A stretch of DNA of 54,175 bases from Candidatus Thalassarchaeum sp. (GTDB lineage Archaea > Thermoplasmatota > Poseidoniia > Poseidoniales > Thalassarchaeaceae). The notes below the pieces were generated by a model that did no database searches, was not told where the DNA came from, and worked only from the letters and a program-made list of their open reading frames with translations. The stretch is taken from NCBI GenBank assembly GCA_030748335.1, contig JASMMD010000005.1, forward strand, positions 1 to 54,175. Direction: 5' to 3'. A program made the position numbers and the translations under genes. This document shows, piece after piece, positions 18,784 through 27,735 of this stretch (position 1 is its first letter; every line of letters starts with the position of its first letter).

Positions 18784-19148
18784 GTCTCGACCAGTCGTAG
18801 GAAGCGGCCGGAGGTAACTTCGATGTACGAGCCACCGGAGGATACTAACTTCTCCTTCAGAACCCGGTCCACCGTCAGCACAGGCCAGCCCCTTGAGCCA
18901 GACAACGCAATCAGCATCTCGTCTGGGTGGGAAAAGCCATCTAGGTCCGAAATCATCTCACAACGACTCTCTAGCAGGCTGAGCAGAAAACCTCTCCTGG
19001 TCTGTGAAAGTTGAGACAGTTCGAGGTGAACGCATTCGAGCAGTTTCAGGTCGGCTTGCCCTACGACCCCACTCATCGCATCATCGAGATTGAGTTCGGC
19101 ATCCATCAAAGCGACCCAACCGCAGGCGTCTACTAGGACGCCGACCAA
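18780..19148 (-). CDS. PIN-domain protein (Fcf1/DUF188-like)
   Basis: VLVDAC, V..EL, PDE.LI, VLTVDR.LK; conserved position downstream of aIF2-gamma. Confidence 0.75.
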   Translation of the reverse strand: MVGVLVDACGWVALMDAELNLDDAMSGVVGQADLKLLECVHLELSQLSQTRRGFLLSLLESRCEMISDLDGFSHPDEMLIALSGSRGWPVLTVDRVLKEKLVSSGGSYIEVTSGRFLRLVET

Positions 19149-19152
19149 ACTT

Positions 19153-20412
19153 TCACCCCGCTATCGAACCGTGGCCGATGAGTCGCCAGCGCGAACCGAT
19201 TCGTCTTGACAGTGTGATTCGACTGCCCCGCTTGGCGCAGATAGGCAGCCTGAGTTGTAGCGTCGCCGACGCCCCCTTAATCGACGAGACGGTGCCTACG
19301 CTAGTGGCCGTGGCCGAGTTCACCATCAGCATCTCGTTGGGCTGCAGAGGGCGCACCTTCCCAGCATCGTCCTCGTCGGAAGAGACCATTTTCTCAAGCA
19401 GTTTGAGGTCGAGGTCGAGAGACTCCCAGACCGGAGGCAACTCGCCCTCGCGAGCCATTACCTGCCCGGAGAGTTCGTCCGCCTTGGTCGAGACCGGGTC
19501 CATCGGAGTGGCTATCCCGCACAACCCACCGGCATGCACCGACTGCAGGCCGATTCCACCCCCCTTCACGCTCTCGATGGTCGTCCGAATGGGCTCCCAT
19601 GTGGCCTTACCTCCCGACTGCACCCTGCGGCCCGGTGCTATCAGTATCGAATCTCCAACGCTGAAGGATCCCTCTACGATACTTCCTCCGATGATGCCTC
19701 CTTGGAGCTTGTCCGGGCGAGAGCCCGGGCGGTTTACGTCGAACGAGCGGGCCACGTACATCAGCCCCGGCTGACTCGTAGACCTGTCAGGGGTGGGGAT
19801 AATGTCCTCGATAGCCTGAATCAGGACATCGAGGTTAACGTCGTGGTGTGCCGATACCGGGATTATGGGCGCGTCCTCGGCTATGGTCCCCTCAAGGAAG
19901 TCCCTGATCTCGGTGTGGGACTCGACAGCCCTCTCACGACTGACTATGTCGATTTTGTTCTGCACTACCACGATATTCTCGATTCCTGCTATCTGCAGTG
20001 CTGCCAGATGCTCTCTGGTTTGGGGTTGCGGACACTTCTCGGTGGCTGAGATGAGCAGCATTGCACCATCCATTATCGATGCGCCTGATATCATCACCGC
20101 CATCAGGGTCTCGTGTCCGGGAGCGTCTACGAAGGAAACCACTCGCAACAGATCCTGACGCGAGTCCTCCTTGCCGTCAGGGTGCTTACCTCTGGCGTAG
20201 TACCTGCCATCAGGAGTCCTGTAGAAGGCGGTGTCGGCGTAGCCCAACTTGATGCTGATGCCCCGCTTCATCTCCTCCGAGTGGGTATCCGTCCAGATTC
20301 CGGAGAGGGCTTGAGTCAGGGTGGTCTTGCCATGGTCTACGTGACCGACCATGCCGATGTTGACTACAGGCTGTCCAGGCAGACTCTCAGTCAGTTCAAT
20401 CACTCCCGCCAA
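19153..20412 (-). CDS. eif2g: Translation initiation factor 2 subunit gamma
   Basis: NIGMVGHVDHGKTT, RGISIKLGY, DAPGHE, QNKID, RWRLIGHG. Confidence 0.98.
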   Translation of the reverse strand: MAGVIELTESLPGQPVVNIGMVGHVDHGKTTLTQALSGIWTDTHSEEMKRGISIKLGYADTAFYRTPDGRYYARGKHPDGKEDSRQDLLRVVSFVDAPGHETLMAVMISGASIMDGAMLLISATEKCPQPQTREHLAALQIAGIENIVVVQNKIDIVSRERAVESHTEIRDFLEGTIAEDAPIIPVSAHHDVNLDVLIQAIEDIIPTPDRSTSQPGLMYVARSFDVNRPGSRPDKLQGGIIGGSIVEGSFSVGDSILIAPGRRVQSGGKATWEPIRTTIESVKGGGIGLQSVHAGGLCGIATPMDPVSTKADELSGQVMAREGELPPVWESLDLDLKLLEKMVSSDEDDAGKVRPLQPNEMLMVNSATATSVGTVSSIKGASATLQLRLPICAKRGSRITLSRRIGSRWRLIGHGSIAG

Positions 20413-20413
20413 T

Positions 20414-20911
20414 TCACTCCTCTTCTCCAGAGGGCTCCTCGACAGGTGCGGCCTCCTCGACGAGGCCGAAGATGGCGTCGAGGGAGCGATTGCCCGCCTC
20501 GGTGATTTTCAGATTGATTTGGCGAGTGTCCTGGCTGATGACGTTGCCCCGCAGTTTTCGACGCCTCCTTAGACCGTCGTACTTGTAGCGGTACACCTTC
20601 CCTCTCTTCTTGACGTAGCGCTTGCCCTTGTAGCCTACTCCGGCGGTGATGAGCACCGGCTTGATTCCACCGCCGTTCAGCTCCGGTCTCATGGGACGCC
20701 CCGTGAGATCTGAGCCACCGGTGATTTGCAGTTTGTATCCGGACAGGCTCTTGTCACCTTCGCCGACGAACATGCCGTCCACCGCGTCACCTATCTTCTT
20801 GCCGAGGAAGTGGTTGTAGTTCGAGCCCGTGACCTCGATTCCAAAGGCCCTTCCACCCGATGCGGGATTGGTGTCGTTGATGACCACCTTGAACGCCTGC
20901 TCTGCTGCCAT
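20414..20911 (-). CDS. rps6e: Ribosomal protein S6e (eS6)
   Basis: FKVVIND, GYKLQITGGSD..G.PM, G.RRRRKLRGN.I...QINLKI; GAGGTGA Shine-Dalgarno. Confidence 0.95.
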   Translation of the reverse strand: MAAEQAFKVVINDTNPASGGRAFGIEVTGSNYNHFLGKKIGDAVDGMFVGEGDKSLSGYKLQITGGSDLTGRPMRPELNGGGIKPVLITAGVGYKGKRYVKKRGKVYRYKYDGLRRRRKLRGNVISQDTRQINLKITEAGNRSLDAIFGLVEEAAPVEEPSGEEE

Positions 20912-20963
20912 CTGGTCACCTCGGACGGCCTCCCGACTAAAGGCCCCTATAAGAGCGGTTCGG

Positions 20964-20980
20964 AAGCGCCGTAGGCGCTT
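20964..20980. terminator. Perfect 7-bp inverted repeat between the cdc6 stop and the rps6e promoter region
   Basis: AAGCGCC-GTA-GGCGCTT; no U-tract. Confidence 0.4.
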
Positions 20981-20986
20981 GGCGAA

Positions 20987-22189
20987 TCACCCCAATTCCC
21001 TCTCGATGCGACTCTCCAGAGCCGCCGGCGAGACATTAGTCATGGTGATGTGTTGGGTTCTTCCACGGCCGACGGTCGCGTTCGCCGTACGGGACTCGAT
21101 TAGTCCGACCCTCTCCAACTCCTTGAGGTGCTTCCAGAAGGTCGTGTAGCTGCGCGGACCAACGCCATGTTCCTCGCACACCAGATTGTACAACTTCTGG
21201 GCATCGCCGCTGGATATCTCGTCCGCCTTCTTCAAGCGCCTGCAGATGCCTAGTAGGACGAGTTTCTGGTGTTTACCCAACCCATCGACCTGACTGGGCT
21301 CGATTGAGGACTTCCTCAGGGTACTCGGCCTCACGTCCTCGACCAGAACGTCGCCCCTACCGTCCTTCTCGGTGCGACGGATTGCAGCCTCCAGCAGCTC
21401 GATGGCCAGACGCGCGTCACCACTCTCGGCTGCGAACCTGCCGATTTTGGCCAACGTCCCTTCTCCGACAGAGCCCGGCCTGCAGGCCTCCTCGTAGCGC
21501 TGCTTGGCAATCCCGGCGAGCGCATGTTCGTCGTACCCGCTCAGTGACAGCATACTACTCTCGCCGAGGCGAGATATGATGGCCGGCTCAAACAGCCTGA
21601 TTAGGGAAGCGTCTTGGCTCACTAGGATTATCGACAGTGAACCCTGCTGATCCTGTCCCTCGTCGATGCGCAGAAGTTTGTAGATTAGGTCTCCCTTGTC
21701 ATTCCTAATCAGCACGTCGACCTCGTCCAGAACCAGGAGGAGATGCGTCTGGTGGGCCCTGAGGTTGCGACGAATTGATTGGATAATCTCGCTCGAGCTG
21801 AATCCTCTCTCGGGGTGCCCCGAGTCGAGCGAGCGAGCGATCTCCTGCAGGACCTGCGAGGCGGTAGGATGGTTGCGGCAGTTGACGTGAGCGAGGACTA
21901 TCTTCCTGCGCCCGTCCAGCATCCGCTGCAGGTCCTCGCCGAAGCGACGCGTCATCACCGTCTTGCCCGAGCCCACCGGCCCAGTGATGACGGCTCTGCC
22001 ACTCACCCCGTGACCCTCCATACCGACGAACATCGAAGCAAGTTCACTCAGTTCCGCATCGCGGCCGATTAGGGTGGGCGGAGTCCAGTCGAACGAGAAT
22101 GGCGCCCTGTCAAGCAGGACCTTGCCCGCTCCTATTCTGTCGAGGTAGTCGGCCATCATGTGACTCGTGCTCACATCGTTATTAGACAT
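20987..22189 (-). CDS. cdc6: Orc1/Cdc6 replication initiation protein
   Basis: P..LIGRD.E, GPVGSGKT, VNCR, VLDEVD, GDARLAI, C-terminal wHTH (L...GLI....GRGRT); ATG 22189 avoids overlap with dph2. Confidence 0.95.
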   Translation of the reverse strand: MSNNDVSTSHMMADYLDRIGAGKVLLDRAPFSFDWTPPTLIGRDAELSELASMFVGMEGHGVSGRAVITGPVGSGKTVMTRRFGEDLQRMLDGRRKIVLAHVNCRNHPTASQVLQEIARSLDSGHPERGFSSSEIIQSIRRNLRAHQTHLLLVLDEVDVLIRNDKGDLIYKLLRIDEGQDQQGSLSIILVSQDASLIRLFEPAIISRLGESSMLSLSGYDEHALAGIAKQRYEEACRPGSVGEGTLAKIGRFAAESGDARLAIELLEAAIRRTEKDGRGDVLVEDVRPSTLRKSSIEPSQVDGLGKHQKLVLLGICRRLKKADEISSGDAQKLYNLVCEEHGVGPRSYTTFWKHLKELERVGLIESRTANATVGRGRTQHITMTNVSPAALESRIERELG

Positions 22190-22236
22190 ATTTGGAGCAG
22201 CGCGTACGCATACGCACGTCTGTAGCGTGCGCGGAG

Positions 22237-23346
22237 TCAGGGTATCTCGTCGAACTGGTAACCCGTTTCCCACTTCTTCTCGCCCAGCGCGACCTCAAGC
22301 TCGTACGGAGTGATTAGCGGCTTGGAGTATCTCACAGAGTCGTCGATCGCTATTCGTGGGCAGGCCGTGTTCACGTAGGCGTCCACAGGGTAGAAGTCGA
22401 TTAGGTCAGGACTGATGTGGTCTAGCGCCAGCAGGTAGCCCTTGCGCTCGTGCTTCTCGAGTAGGCGCTTCATGCGTATGGCGAGGTTCCGGCGCATCTG
22501 CCCGGGCTTCTCGCCGATTAGGATGCCGAACGAGGTCGCATTGTCCACGGAGTTGATGAGCCCGAAGCGCTGGCGGAGAATCCTCTCGATTCGCTCCAGC
22601 GACATCTCGGTGGCATCTCCCGAATAGGGGTCGAGCATGGCCAGTGGCTTGCCCGTGTGCAGGACCAGCCCGATGGGGTGGAAGTCACCCGAGCCTAGGA
22701 ACAGGTAGTGGCCTATGGAAGGGTCGTCACCCGAGTAGTTGCACCCCAATACTTGGCCCGGGAAAGTCAACCTGTCGCCGCCGACCGGAATCTCGACCTC
22801 GAACCCGACCTTCTCCAACCTGCCCTTGAACTCTTCAAGCAGATGGAGGTGCTGTATCGAGCCGACCAGCCCCAGCCTAGTTCCCGTAAGAGGGGCCACG
22901 CGACCAACGGCGTCTAGAAACCTCTCCTTGGCATCCTCCTCATCGATGTCGGACTGATCTCCGACCGACTCGAGCCGAGACTGCGCAATCGCCCGGTGAC
23001 TCTCGAGCAAGGGCAGGACCGGAGCCAACTCCGGGTCGCCGTCGTATGTGACTGGGATGAAGTGAGTGGGCATGCCAGAGTCGATGTTCATCTGGCTATG
23101 GCCCATGTGGGCGACCAACTCAACACCCATCATCTGCATCTTGTCGTGCACGAGGTCGCACGCCCCGTAGCAGGGATCCGCGGCTAGGACGACCTTCGCT
23201 CCCGACTCATCCTCTATCGAGTCCATCATCTCCAGAGCCTGCATCTTCAACCCCTCGGGGACTTGCAGAGCTACCAATCGGTTGTCGTTGGCCTTGATCC
23301 TCTCGACCAACTCTTCCAACTCGAAGTCATGGCGTTTCATGTCCAT
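22237..23346 (-). CDS. dph2: Diphthamide biosynthesis enzyme Dph2
   Basis: QVPEGLK, PCYGACD, GQVLGC, G.G.FH, TACPRIAIDD, FDEI. Confidence 0.95.
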   Translation of the reverse strand: MDMKRHDFELEELVERIKANDNRLVALQVPEGLKMQALEMMDSIEDESGAKVVLAADPCYGACDLVHDKMQMMGVELVAHMGHSQMNIDSGMPTHFIPVTYDGDPELAPVLPLLESHRAIAQSRLESVGDQSDIDEEDAKERFLDAVGRVAPLTGTRLGLVGSIQHLHLLEEFKGRLEKVGFEVEIPVGGDRLTFPGQVLGCNYSGDDPSIGHYLFLGSGDFHPIGLVLHTGKPLAMLDPYSGDATEMSLERIERILRQRFGLINSVDNATSFGILIGEKPGQMRRNLAIRMKRLLEKHERKGYLLALDHISPDLIDFYPVDAYVNTACPRIAIDDSVRYSKPLITPYELEVALGEKKWETGYQFDEIP

Positions 23347-23350
23347 GCAA

Positions 23351-23929
23351 TCACTCGAGAATCTCGACCCTACCGTCGATTATGTCTATGCGTGCCAGAG
23401 TTCGGATTGGCCACTCCGGGCGCTCCTTGGCGAGCCTCTCGCGACCCTCTCCCTTCTCGATGGCTATCACGATGTCCTGCAGGATGACTCCCATATCTTC
23501 GAGAGTGGCTAGAATAGGCTCGAGAGTCCCTCCGGTCGAAATCACGTCATCGACAATCAGTATCCTCTCACCCGGGGCGATGTCGTTGATGTAGGTAGTG
23601 GACTGCGAGTATCCCGTCGCTACATCAACCCGAACCTCGCCCTCCATACCGTATTGGCGCTTGCGAATCACCACCGTTGGCTTGCCAGTGGCATCCCCGA
23701 CCGCCGCCAAAAGCGGCAGTCCCATGGCCTCCACACTGACAATCAGGTCGATGTTCGACCAGTCGACCATCTCTACAATCAGGTCCCGGGTGGCACGCAG
23801 AACGTCTGCATCCATCCGGGGAATCCCGTCAGATATAGGGTGGATGAAATATGGGTACTTGCCCTTCCAGATAATCGGTGAGCCACGTAGCGAGTCCTGC
23901 AGCACCGTCAGCGGATCAGAGGGCGACAT
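23351..23929 (-). CDS. hpt: Archaeal purine (hypoxanthine/guanine) phosphoribosyltransferase
   Basis: YPYFIHPISDGIP, EAMGLP, RKRQYG, TGYS, PRPP loop IVDDVISTGGT. Confidence 0.88.
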   Translation of the reverse strand: MSPSDPLTVLQDSLRGSPIIWKGKYPYFIHPISDGIPRMDADVLRATRDLIVEMVDWSNIDLIVSVEAMGLPLLAAVGDATGKPTVVIRKRQYGMEGEVRVDVATGYSQSTTYINDIAPGERILIVDDVISTGGTLEPILATLEDMGVILQDIVIAIEKGEGRERLAKERPEWPIRTLARIDIIDGRVEILE

Positions 23930-23941
23930 GGCCCTGCAACC

Positions 23942-24481
23942 TCAGACAAGGCCCTTCAAATGCTCGGCGCCCTTGATTAGCCTAATCGTGCAAGGCGTCG
24001 GGAACTTACAACTCGCCTTCCTCAGCGCATCACGAGCCACTAGGTAGTTGTCCGGATCGGTCTGGATGGAGACCAGAGTCTGGTCTCGCTGGACGCGGGC
24101 AGCGGTGCCGACGTTCTTGCCAAAGGACTGCCTCATTCCCAGAGAGACACGGTCAGCTCCAGCACCGGTGGCCTGTTTGTTCTCACGTAGGATCTGGTGA
24201 GGGTAGGTGTGCATGCGGAGCGCATATCCCATTTCGCCAGCGCTCTTCCTGATGGTCGCGTTGGCTGCTTGCCGGGCCGACTCGAGGGCTGAGTCCCGAA
24301 CTTGGCAGGGATTGTCAGCAGTGAGCTCCACAACCACTTCGAACTGACCTGCTTCGGCAGCCTTCCTGTTGCCCATGAAGTAGCGCAGGATGCGGTTGTT
24401 GGGCACTCCTCCCGAGTACTCTCGGCGGGTGTACGCCTGACCCTTAATCTGGCGATACATCTTCGCTGGCTTGCGCGCCAT
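23942..24481 (-). CDS. rpl10e: Ribosomal protein L10e (uL16)
   Basis: MARKPAKMYR, YTRREY, ALESAR, YPHQILRENK.ATGAGADRVS.GMR.SFGK..G.AARV. Confidence 0.97.
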   Translation of the reverse strand: MARKPAKMYRQIKGQAYTRREYSGGVPNNRILRYFMGNRKAAEAGQFEVVVELTADNPCQVRDSALESARQAANATIRKSAGEMGYALRMHTYPHQILRENKQATGAGADRVSLGMRQSFGKNVGTAARVQRDQTLVSIQTDPDNYLVARDALRKASCKFPTPCTIRLIKGAEHLKGLV

Positions 24482-24515
24482 TACACTACCTCGTTGGCGG
24501 CCCACCGACCGTCTC

Positions 24516-24522
24516 TATTTAA
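24516..24522 (-). promoter_or_regulatory. TATA-box candidate for rpl10e
   Basis: TTAAATA on the minus strand about 35 nt upstream of the ATG; GAGGT Shine-Dalgarno in between. Confidence 0.55.
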
Positions 24523-24525
24523 CCA

Positions 24526-24551
24526 TGAGGCAACGCCGAAGGCGTTCCTCA
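24526..24551. terminator. Inverted repeat at the EamA stop
   Basis: TGAGG(C)AACGCC-GAA-GGCGTTCCTCA; no U-tract. Confidence 0.4.
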
Positions 24552-25505
24552 ATTGTCGGCCAGCCTCTCGCTCTCTCTCTGGACCTGCCTGACTCCAATC
24601 ACTATCAGCGCGAAGCCGACGAGCATCGATGCCCCGATGTTCTCGCCCAGCAGGACCCATCCGCTCAGGACCCCGAATACAGGGACAAGGAAGACGTAGG
24701 AGGCAGCTGCAGTGGGGCCAATTCTGTCGATGCCCCTAGCGAACCACACGTAAGTCAGGACGGTTGAGAACAACCCTAGATAGGCGACCGAGATCCACTC
24801 CGTTGAACTGGGACTTGGGATGCCCGAGGCCCAGACCTCGGCCAGCATCCAGGGAGTGAGCATAGCCCAACCGACTATCGAGTACCAAATCACCAGTTCC
24901 TCAGTGGTGCCAACGCCACCCTCTTTCAGAGCCATCTTGGTCAGGTTGCTGTTCGTCGCCCACGCAAGGGCGGCCAGCACAATCATCGAATCTCCGAGCA
25001 GCCGATGTTCAAACGGGATGCCGGCGTTCGGGCTCCAGCCCACAACAGTACCTACCCCGAACATCCCCAGTAACAGACCAAGTGCCATCCTCCCTGTCAA
25101 CCTCTGACCCAGCATCGGTGCGGCTAGAAGGACAGTGAATACCGGATTGATAGGGATGATGAGTGAACCGTCTCCCGCTGCGGTCCACCTCATCCCATGC
25201 ATGAACAGGAGCTGGTACGCCATTGTCCCGAGCAGTCCGAGCCAAACCGTGTATCGCCATGACCGCGAGTCGTGGGGAAGTAGCCTCGGACCTCCACGGT
25301 TCCTGTATGCCCACCACCAGGCAACAAACGCCATTACGGCAACGACGTATCTCAGCCAGGCTGCGGTCGCCGGCCCGAGATTGGCCCCTGTAGATTCGCC
25401 CAGACCGTAGCTGAGAAACCTGCCCACGGCCCATGTCGAGCCCCATATCACGGCGACTAGGAGCAGCAGCAGATGCGTCCATAGGTTGCCTTCAGACCTA
25501 GACAT
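24549..25505 (-). CDS. EamA/DMT family transporter
   Basis: IWGSTW, about 10 hydrophobic helices, PVFT.LLA, YLGLFST...Y..F, PVFG......LLGE. Confidence 0.93.
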   Translation of the reverse strand: MSRSEGNLWTHLLLLLVAVIWGSTWAVGRFLSYGLGESTGANLGPATAAWLRYVVAVMAFVAWWWAYRNRGGPRLLPHDSRSWRYTVWLGLLGTMAYQLLFMHGMRWTAAGDGSLIIPINPVFTVLLAAPMLGQRLTGRMALGLLLGMFGVGTVVGWSPNAGIPFEHRLLGDSMIVLAALAWATNSNLTKMALKEGGVGTTEELVIWYSIVGWAMLTPWMLAEVWASGIPSPSSTEWISVAYLGLFSTVLTYVWFARGIDRIGPTAAASYVFLVPVFGVLSGWVLLGENIGASMLVGFALIVIGVRQVQRESERLADN

Positions 25506-26691
25506 CCCCGCCCCCTATCGCCATCAGCCTATCTATGAACCCGGGGTCGCTGACCTTACACACCTCGGACCCGTTCACGATGCCCCCACATTTGCTGGCC
25601 AGAGCCATCGCGGTCATCGCCAGTCGATGGTCCTCCATCGAGTCCACGGGAAGCTCGGGCCTGAGGGGGACCTGCCCTCCTGCTACCTCGACTCCGTCCT
25701 CGCTCTCGCTGGCTTCCATTCCGAAGCAGCGTAGTAGGCTCACAGTGCTTCTAATCCTGTCCGACTCCTTGCCTCTGGCGTGGGCTACCCCGGTGATTCT
25801 TCCACCCCCACCCAGCGCCATCAGGGCTGCAGCAGGGGCAATGATATCACTCTCATCGCGTAGATCCAGCACCTCGGCCCACTCGGCCAACTCCCTCATC
25901 GCTACAGACAGTTCTAGGTTTCCTCCCATGACCACGACCTCGACGCTGTGCAGTTCTGCGAGCAGCATCGCGATTGGAAGTAGGCTGAGTTCGACTGGGA
26001 TATCAACCTCTCTCGGAGTATCGTGCGGCCATGGTTCCAAGGTCAAGCCGTCGTACAGCATCTCATTGCTGGAACCGCATCTGGCTGTCAGTTCGTACGA
26101 CAGCTCGGAGTACCCCTTGCTTACTCGGTGCGACGAGGTCTCGAGGCTGATTACTCCCGAGTAGTTCGGCGATGCAATCAGGAGGGCGGACAGGGGTTGG
26201 CTGGAGTCGCTGAGGTCTAGTCGGGCATGTCCAGAGGCGATTGGTCCGGTCACGGTGAGAGGGAGCCTGTCCGAAGTGACCTCGCAGCCGAGATCCCTCA
26301 ACACTCCAGCCAGAACGGACATATCTCGCCGTCTCAATGACCTGTCCCCATCTAGGATGATTGGCTCACTCATGCCAGCGGCCATTGCCATCAGGAAGCG
26401 GGCCGTGGTGGCCGAGTTGCCGCAGTCGAGGACTCCTTCAGGCACCGAGAACTCATTCCTACTGACGCCGCGCACGATCCAACTGGAATCGCGCTCCTCT
26501 ATCCCAATACCGAGTTGCCTGAGGCATCCGGCCATGGAGCGAACGTCCTCACCAACGCTGCCGGAGAAACTCAGGGTCGTCTCGTCTTCGGCCTGCGCTG
26601 CTAGTGCCAGCCAGCGGATCATGTGGCTCTTGGAGGGCGGCAGCGACCACTGAATGGCCGCTTCAGGACGCATCGGCTCGATGCTCAGCAC
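25498..26691 (-). CDS. aroA: 3-phosphoshikimate 1-carboxyvinyltransferase (EPSP synthase)
   Basis: LPPSKSH..R, DCGNS.TTARF, SSQ..SALL, RGKESDRI, DHRLAM; GTG start at 26691 inferred. Confidence 0.92.
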   Translation of the reverse strand: MLSIEPMRPEAAIQWSLPPSKSHMIRWLALAAQAEDETTLSFSGSVGEDVRSMAGCLRQLGIGIEERDSSWIVRGVSRNEFSVPEGVLDCGNSATTARFLMAMAAGMSEPIILDGDRSLRRRDMSVLAGVLRDLGCEVTSDRLPLTVTGPIASGHARLDLSDSSQPLSALLIASPNYSGVISLETSSHRVSKGYSELSYELTARCGSSNEMLYDGLTLEPWPHDTPREVDIPVELSLLPIAMLLAELHSVEVVVMGGNLELSVAMRELAEWAEVLDLRDESDIIAPAAALMALGGGGRITGVAHARGKESDRIRSTVSLLRCFGMEASESEDGVEVAGGQVPLRPELPVDSMEDHRLAMTAMALASKCGGIVNGSEVCKVSDPGFIDRLMAIGGGDV

Positions 26692-26735
26692 GACGATGCC
26701 AAGGCCGCCGTTGTGTTGAATCCTCTCATGCCCGA

Positions 26736-27560
26736 CTAAGTCCTTATCCAGTCGCCGAAGTCGCTCTCCCCGTCCCACTCCGCCGACCTTTGGTCTATCA
26801 GACTCGACTCGAGGGTTTGCTCGAGCGAGTCATCAATCCTGATTAGGTTGTTACGCTTTAGCAGCCCCGGGCTGAGTCCCGGTAGCAGGATTGACACGGC
26901 CCTAGGGACTCTACCGGGGTAGACCTCGTTGACGTGCCTGACGATGTTGGTGGTGCAGGTGTTGGTGATGCTGTGGTACCACTCGGGGCGGTCGTGCAGG
27001 TCGTTGGTCCTGCGCAGGAACGACTCGAGCAGCCTGCGGTGGTTGTCCTCACCGAGCACTATGCCCTCGAACAGGTGGGTCTTGGATTTCCTCCTACACT
27101 TGGCTCTGACCCCTATGGAATCGCTCTCGGTAGCCCAGACGTAGAGCAGTTCGTACTGCCTCAACATCCCCTTGATGGGGTGATAAGTCTCACCGATCTC
27201 CCTCCTGACCTCAATCGAGCAGGAAAGCCTCCTCCCATCCTCGAACTCGAAACTCATCAGCGTGTGGGCTATCGGCTTTCGCTTCGGGTCAAAGTACTCC
27301 AGCACCAGCCAGATTGCAGTCACCTCGCTAGGGCGAAACGTCCAGTCAGTCCAACGCTCGTCGAAGTCCCTCGTCGTCCTCCAGTGAAAGTCCCTAATAT
27401 TGCGCAGAGTGACCTCGTCGCCGTCGAAATTGGCGTACGCCATCCTACGATTCTCCACCACCCAATCGCGTTCGTTGGAGGGCTTTAGGCTAAGGTGTCT
27501 GAGTGTGAGGACAAGTATCGCGGCGAGCCCAGCGAGCCATGCGTAATCCGCCGGTTCCAC
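26736..27560 (-). CDS. DUF4105 (Lnb N-terminal-like) domain protein with N-terminal membrane anchor
   Basis: PSN.RDW, IAHTLMSFEF.DG..L..SIEVR, YEL.YV.A.E.D, WY....NTCTT; start at GTG 27560 (GAGGA upstream) or ATG 27587. Confidence 0.8.
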   Translation of the reverse strand: MEPADYAWLAGLAAILVLTLRHLSLKPSNERDWVVENRRMAYANFDGDEVTLRNIRDFHWRTTRDFDERWTDWTFRPSEVTAIWLVLEYFDPKRKPIAHTLMSFEFEDGRRLSCSIEVRREIGETYHPIKGMLRQYELLYVWATESDSIGVRAKCRRKSKTHLFEGIVLGEDNHRRLLESFLRRTNDLHDRPEWYHSITNTCTTNIVRHVNEVYPGRVPRAVSILLPGLSPGLLKRNNLIRIDDSLEQTLESSLIDQRSAEWDGESDFGDWIRT

Positions 27561-27606
27561 GTTCCTCTGTGGTGCGGCCGAGCGCATCAAACTGCCTAGG
27601 AGAAGG

Positions 27607-27693
27607 TGGCGCGGCAGGGGAGATTCGAACTCCCGAGGTGAAACACCACTGGATTAGCAATCCAGCGCAATGGCCAGGCTATGCGACTGCCGC
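27607..27693 (-). tRNA. tRNA-Ser (anticodon GCT), CCA encoded
   Basis: Minus strand GCGGCAG...CTGGA-TTGCTAA-TCCAG...variable arm...GGGAGTTCGAATCTCCC-CTGCCGC-G-CCA; acceptor, anticodon and T stems all pair. Confidence 0.97.
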
Positions 27694-27735
27694 AGTGGTT
27701 GTTCCACCCGCGTCAATCGCTTAAGCCGAGCGGTT

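Noticed and set aside
18493-19148. DUF357 plus PIN as a toxin-antitoxin pair
   Set aside because: The genes are convergent, and this PIN belongs to the conserved aIF2-gamma gene string.
22201-22233. Imperfect inverted repeat between dph2 and cdc6
   Set aside because: Low-complexity alternating purine-pyrimidine sequence that pairs easily by chance; not ORB-like.
27590-27620. tRNA-Ser 3' end as an integration site
   Set aside because: I noticed no duplicated 3' fragment, integrase or composition shift; housekeeping genes follow closely.
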